DNA from: Trueperaceae bacterium
GTDB lineage: Bacteria > Deinococcota > Deinococci > Deinococcales > Trueperaceae
Assembly (NCBI GenBank): GCA_034520945.1
Contig: JAXHNB010000006.1
Span: 416,001 to 480,000, forward strand
Length of the DNA stretch: 64,000 bases
Direction: 5' to 3'
The position numbers and the translations under genes were made by a program. Of this stretch, positions 59,955 to 64,000 are shown one piece after another. The stretch's first letter is position 1; each line of letters begins with the position of its first letter. The notes below the pieces were generated by a model. That model was not told the origin of the DNA and did not search any database. It was given only the letters and a program-made list of their open reading frames with translations.

Positions 59955-61442
59955 TCAGAACGTCCGGCTCCACTGCTTCGGCCAGCGCTCGATGACGACC
60001 TTGGTCTCGGTGTAGAACTCGATCCCGTGCGCGCCCTGCGCGTGCAGGTCGCCGAAGAACGACTCGCGCCAGCCGCTGAACGGGAACGGCGCCAGCGGCG
60101 CGGCGACGCCGAGGTTGATGCCGATGTTGCCGGCCTGCACGCCATACCGGAAGGCGCGGGCCGCCGCGCCGCTGGAGGTGAACAGGCACGCCTGGTTGCC
60201 GTAGGGGCGGTCGTTGCACAGCGCGATCGCCTCCTCCAGCGTCTCGGCGTGCATCACGCTCAGTACGGGTCCGAAGATCTCGGTGCTGGACAGCGTGCCG
60301 TGCGGGTCGACCTCGTCCAGGACGGTGGGGTGCAGGAAGTAGCCGTCGGCGTAGCCGTCCACCTGGCGGCCGCGGCCGTCGACGACCGGGCGCGCGCCCT
60401 CCTGCACGCCGGTGTCGATCAGGCCCTCGATGCGCGCCTTGCTCTCCGCGCTGATGACGGGCCCCATCTGGACGTTCTCGTCCAGGCCGTACCCGACGCG
60501 GCGCGTGGCGGCGTCGTCGGCCAGGCGCGGCACGATCTCGTCGTGGGCGCTACCGACGGTGATGGCGACGCTGGTGGCCAGGCAGCGTTGCCCCGCGCAG
60601 CCGAAGGCGCTGTCGCCCATGATGCGGCTGGTCATGTCCAGGTCGGCATCCGGCAGGATGATGGCGGGGTTCTTGGCGCCGCCCTGGCACTGCGCGCGCT
60701 TGCCGGCTGCGGTGGCGCGGGCGTACACCGCGCGCGCCACGGGGGTGCTGCCCACCAGGCTGAGGGCGCGGACGTCGGGATGGTCGCACAGCGCCTCGAC
60801 GGCGTCCTTGGCACCGTTCACCAGCGACAGCACGCCCGGCGGGAACCCGGCGCGCTCGATCAGGCCGAACAGCGCCTGCGTGGTCATGGGGACGCGCTCG
60901 CTGGGCTTCAGGACGAAGCAGTTGCCGGTCGCCACCGCGTACGGCAGGAACCACAGCGGGATCATGCCGGGGAAGTTGAACGGGGTGATGGCGGCGACGA
61001 CGCCCAACGGCTGGCGGATCATGTGCTCGTCGATGCCGCGCGCCACGTCCTCGTTGTTGATGCCCTGCATCAGGCTCGGCGCGCCGCAGGCCACCTCGAC
61101 GTTCTCGATGCCGCGCCGCAGCTCCCCGGCCGCCTCGGCGTGGGTCTTGCCGCACTCGTTCACGATCACTCGGGCCAGCTCGTCGAGGTTCTCCTCCAGC
61201 AGGCCCTTGAGGCGAAACAGGGGCTGCACGCGTTCGGTGACCGGCGTGGCGCGCCAGTCCGGGAACGCCGCCGCCGCGGCGCGGACGGTGGCGTCCACCT
61301 CGTCGGCGGCGGCCAAGGGCACCTCGGCCAGCGTCTCGCTGGTGGCGGGGTTGCGCACCTCGCGCCGCTCGCGCGCACTGGAACGCACCCACGCCCCCGC
61401 GACGTAGTTCAGCAGTTCGCTCGGGCCTCGAACGGTGGTCAC
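59955..61442 (-). CDS. mmsA: CoA-acylating methylmalonate-semialdehyde dehydrogenase
   Basis: [37 protein letters not shown]. Confidence 0.9.
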   Translation of the reverse strand: MTTVRGPSELLNYVAGAWVRSSARERREVRNPATSETLAEVPLAAADEVDATVRAAAAAFPDWRATPVTERVQPLFRLKGLLEENLDELARVIVNECGKTHAEAAGELRRGIENVEVACGAPSLMQGINNEDVARGIDEHMIRQPLGVVAAITPFNFPGMIPLWFLPYAVATGNCFVLKPSERVPMTTQALFGLIERAGFPPGVLSLVNGAKDAVEALCDHPDVRALSLVGSTPVARAVYARATAAGKRAQCQGGAKNPAIILPDADLDMTSRIMGDSAFGCAGQRCLATSVAITVGSAHDEIVPRLADDAATRRVGYGLDENVQMGPVISAESKARIEGLIDTGVQEGARPVVDGRGRQVDGYADGYFLHPTVLDEVDPHGTLSSTEIFGPVLSVMHAETLEEAIALCNDRPYGNQACLFTSSGAAARAFRYGVQAGNIGINLGVAAPLAPFPFSGWRESFFGDLHAQGAHGIEFYTETKVVIERWPKQWSRTF

Positions 61443-61491
61443 GGTGATACCTCCTCCCGGCGGGCCGGCCGCCGGCACGGGAACGAAGGGC

Positions 61492-62820
61492 CTAGAGGAC
61501 GTAGCGGCGCAGGTCTTCGTCGCCCGCGGCGTCGTCGACCTTGTCGCGCACGTACGCCCCGTCGATCACGACACGCCCCAGCGCCGTGCCGAAGGCGATG
61601 TCCTCCAGCACGCGCTCCAGAATGGTGTGCAGGCGCCTTGCGCCGATGTCCTCCACGTCGCGGTTGACCTGCTCGGCCAGCTCGGCGATGGCGACGACGC
61701 CGCTCTCGTCCCACACCAGTTCGGTGCCGTCGACGCGCAGCAGGTCGGCGTACTGGCGCGTGAGGGCGTACTGCGGTTGCGTCAGGATCCGCTGCAGGTC
61801 CACGGCGGTCAGTTCGTCCAGCTCGACGCGAATGGGGAAACGCCCCTGCATCTCCGGGATCAGGTCCGACGGTTTGGCGGTGCTGAACGCGCCGGCCGCG
61901 ATGAACAGCACGTGGTCGGTCCGCACCGCGCCGTGCCGCGTCTGGACCTGGGTGCCCTCCACGATGGGGAGCAGGTCGCGCTGGACGCCCTCGCCCGACA
62001 CGTCCGCGCCCCCGCCGCTGCCTTCGCTCTCGGCGATCTTGTCGACCTCGTCCAGGAACACGATGCCGCGGTTCTCGGCCCGGTCGATCGCTTCGCGCCG
62101 GACCTCCTCGTCGTCCAGCAACGCCGTGGCCTCCTGGTCGTGCAGGATGCGGCGCGCCTCGCGAACGGTGGTCTTGCGCGTGGCGGTCTTGCCGGGCGCG
62201 AAGCGGGAGAACATCTCCTGCAGGTTGCGGCCCATCTCCTCCATGCCCGGCATGCCCATCCCGATCTGGGGCGGGTCCTCCTGCACCTCGATCTCGACGG
62301 TGCGGTCCTCCATCTTGCCGTTTTGCAGCAAGGCGCGCATCTTCTCGAGCCCTTCGTGGGTGCCGCCCGGCAACAGCGCCTCCAGCAGGCGTTCCTCCGC
62401 GGACTCGGCGGCACGGCCTGCGACGCCGGCCTTCATCTCCTCCTCCACCATGGCGTAGGACGACTGCGCCAGGTCCCGGACGATCGAGTCGACGTCGCGA
62501 CCCACGTAGCCGACCTCGGTGAACTTGGTGGCCTCCACCTTCAGGAACGGCGCGCGGGCCAACTTTGCCAGGCGGCGCGCGATCTCCGTCTTGCCGACCC
62601 CGGTCGGACCGATCATCAGGATGTTCTTGGGCGTCACCTCGGCCTGCTCCTCCGGCGGCAGCCGGCGCCGGCGCACGTGGTTGCGCAACGCGACCGCCAC
62701 GCTGCGCTTGGCCTTGTGCTGCCCGATGATGTGCGCGTCCAGCGCCTCCACGATCTGGATGGGCGTCAGTTCGGACAGTTCGGGCAGCGCGAGCGCGCCG
62801 CCGCCGTCGCTGGGGGGCAT
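61492..62820 (-). CDS. hslU: ATP-dependent protease ATPase subunit
   Basis: [32 protein letters not shown]. Confidence 0.96.
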   Translation of the reverse strand: MPPSDGGGALALPELSELTPIQIVEALDAHIIGQHKAKRSVAVALRNHVRRRRLPPEEQAEVTPKNILMIGPTGVGKTEIARRLAKLARAPFLKVEATKFTEVGYVGRDVDSIVRDLAQSSYAMVEEEMKAGVAGRAAESAEERLLEALLPGGTHEGLEKMRALLQNGKMEDRTVEIEVQEDPPQIGMGMPGMEEMGRNLQEMFSRFAPGKTATRKTTVREARRILHDQEATALLDDEEVRREAIDRAENRGIVFLDEVDKIAESEGSGGGADVSGEGVQRDLLPIVEGTQVQTRHGAVRTDHVLFIAAGAFSTAKPSDLIPEMQGRFPIRVELDELTAVDLQRILTQPQYALTRQYADLLRVDGTELVWDESGVVAIAELAEQVNRDVEDIGARRLHTILERVLEDIAFGTALGRVVIDGAYVRDKVDDAAGDEDLRRYVL

Positions 62821-63398
62821 CAGAAGTCCTCCGTGTCGTCCGCCTCGTCCGCCTCGTCCGCGTCCGGGACGGACAGGACGGTGGCGGTGCCGCTGGTGTA
62901 CAGGTCGATGTCGCCGGCGATGCGGATCGCCTCCCGGGCGATCTCCGGCGCCGCCAGGTCGGTGTGGTCCAGCAGCGCCTGCGCGGCCGCCAGGGCGTAC
63001 GCGCCGCCGCTGCCGACCGCGGCGGCAGGGATGTCGGGCGCGACCACGTCGCCGGCGCCTGAGAGCGTCAGGATCTGTTCGTGGTCGGCCACGATCAGCA
63101 TCGCCTCCAGGTTGCGAAGCGCGCGATCGGTGCGCCATTCCTTCACGGTCTCGACCGCCGCCTTGAGCAGGTTGCCCTTGGCGGAAGAGAGGTAGCCCTC
63201 GAACTTGTCCAACAGCGTGAACGCGTCGCTGACCGCCCCGGCGAACCCCGTCAGGATCCGTCCGTCCTGGAGGGTGCGGACCTTGATCGCGCCGCGTTTG
63301 ACGATCTGCTCGCCCAGGGTGACTTGGCCGTCGCCGGCGATGGCGGAGACGCCGTCTTTGTGCACCGCAATGATCGTGGTGCCGTGCATGCGTGTCAT
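62820..63398 (-). CDS. hslV: ATP-dependent protease peptidase subunit
   Basis: [17 protein letters not shown]. Confidence 0.96.
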   Translation of the reverse strand: MTRMHGTTIIAVHKDGVSAIAGDGQVTLGEQIVKRGAIKVRTLQDGRILTGFAGAVSDAFTLLDKFEGYLSSAKGNLLKAAVETVKEWRTDRALRNLEAMLIVADHEQILTLSGAGDVVAPDIPAAAVGSGGAYALAAAQALLDHTDLAAPEIAREAIRIAGDIDLYTSGTATVLSVPDADEADEADDTEDF

Positions 63399-63513
63399 GA
63401 GGGGGAGCATAGCAGCGGCGTCCGGACCGGACGTGTCCCGCGCGGCCCGATCTCATCGGGATTCGGACGCGGTTCGGGAGGGGGCGGGGGGCGACTGCGG
63501 TAGGCTCCTTGGC

Positions 63514-64000
63514 ATGCAGGCGTACCCGTTCGGTGGAGGATGGCTCGAGGTCGTGGTCGGCCCCATGTTCAGCGGAAAGTCGGAGGAGCTGATCCGCCGC
63601 GTCACACGCGCTGTGCTGGCGCGACAGTCGGTCCAGGTGTTCAAGCCGGCCATGGACGATCGCTACGATCCGCTCCAGGTGGCCAGCCACGCCGGACGGA
63701 CGGTTCACGCCGAGGCGGTGCGCAGCAGCAGCGAGGTGCGCGGCCGGGTGCGGGACACCACCCAGGTGGTGGCGGTGGACGAGGCGCAGTTCTTCGATAC
63801 GGACCTGCCGCGCTTGGCCGAAGACCTTGCCGATGAGGGCTTGCGCGTGATCGTGGCTGGGCTGGACCTCGACTTCCGTGGCGAGCCGTTCGGGCCGCTG
63901 CCCACCCTGTTGGCGCGCGCGGAGGCGGTGGAGAAGCTGACCGCCATCTGCGGCTGTGGCCGCGCGGCCACCCGCACGCAGCGCCTCATCGGCGGGCACC
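63514..64000 (+). CDS. tdk: Thymidine kinase (runs off the window)
   Basis: [30 protein letters not shown]; leaderless after TAGGCT. Confidence 0.93.
   Translation, partial: MQAYPFGGGWLEVVVGPMFSGKSEELIRRVTRAVLARQSVQVFKPAMDDRYDPLQVASHAGRTVHAEAVRSSSEVRGRVRDTTQVVAVDEAQFFDTDLPRLAEDLADEGLRVIVAGLDLDFRGEPFGPLPTLLARAEAVEKLTAICGCGRAATRTQRLIGGH

Noticed and set aside
61492..63999. 835-aa extended HslU ORF
   Set aside because: True HslU begins at 62820; the upstream part overlaps hslV and tdk out of frame
1..64000. CRISPR array, rRNA, retron or DGR
   Set aside because: No regularly spaced repeats, rRNA-like sequence or reverse transcriptase seen

Overview
High-GC bacterial chromosome segment, most consistent with a Deinococcota (Trueperaceae-like) genome. 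Support: many leaderless TANNNT-N5-8-start genes, futalosine-pathway mqnE/mqnA, BrxC bacilliredoxin, short HslU. It has two decayed accessory islands, both next to tRNA 3' ends. Island 1 (1-9024, tRNA-Lys(CTT)): an IS4-disrupted PD-(D/E)XK nuclease, an intact nuclease paralog, a complete IS1111-type IS110 element inserted in a perfect 68-bp palindrome, a truncated IS1182, a RIT remnant and an integrase remnant. Island 2 (~39226-44480, tRNA-Ser(GGA)): orphan antitoxins, a NYN RNase with a structured leader, phage-like ORFs and an IS3-bounded mosaic of gene fragments. The backbone carries sppA, an arsR/permease/redox cassette, a PAS-GGDEF-EAL protein, rph-rdgB, an S8 protease, sucAB-lpdA, mqnEA, glgX, mmsA, hslVU and tdk. 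The standout is a translationally coupled three-gene operon (34037-39221) that mirrors the eukaryotic peroxisomal ether-lipid pathway: a fatty acyl-CoA reductase-acyltransferase fusion, alkyl-DHAP synthase and a DHRS7B-like SDR. Several single-base frameshifts, including one in lpdA, suggest consensus indel errors, so pseudogene calls resting on one indel are tentative. All family assignments are by motif recognition; no searches were run.
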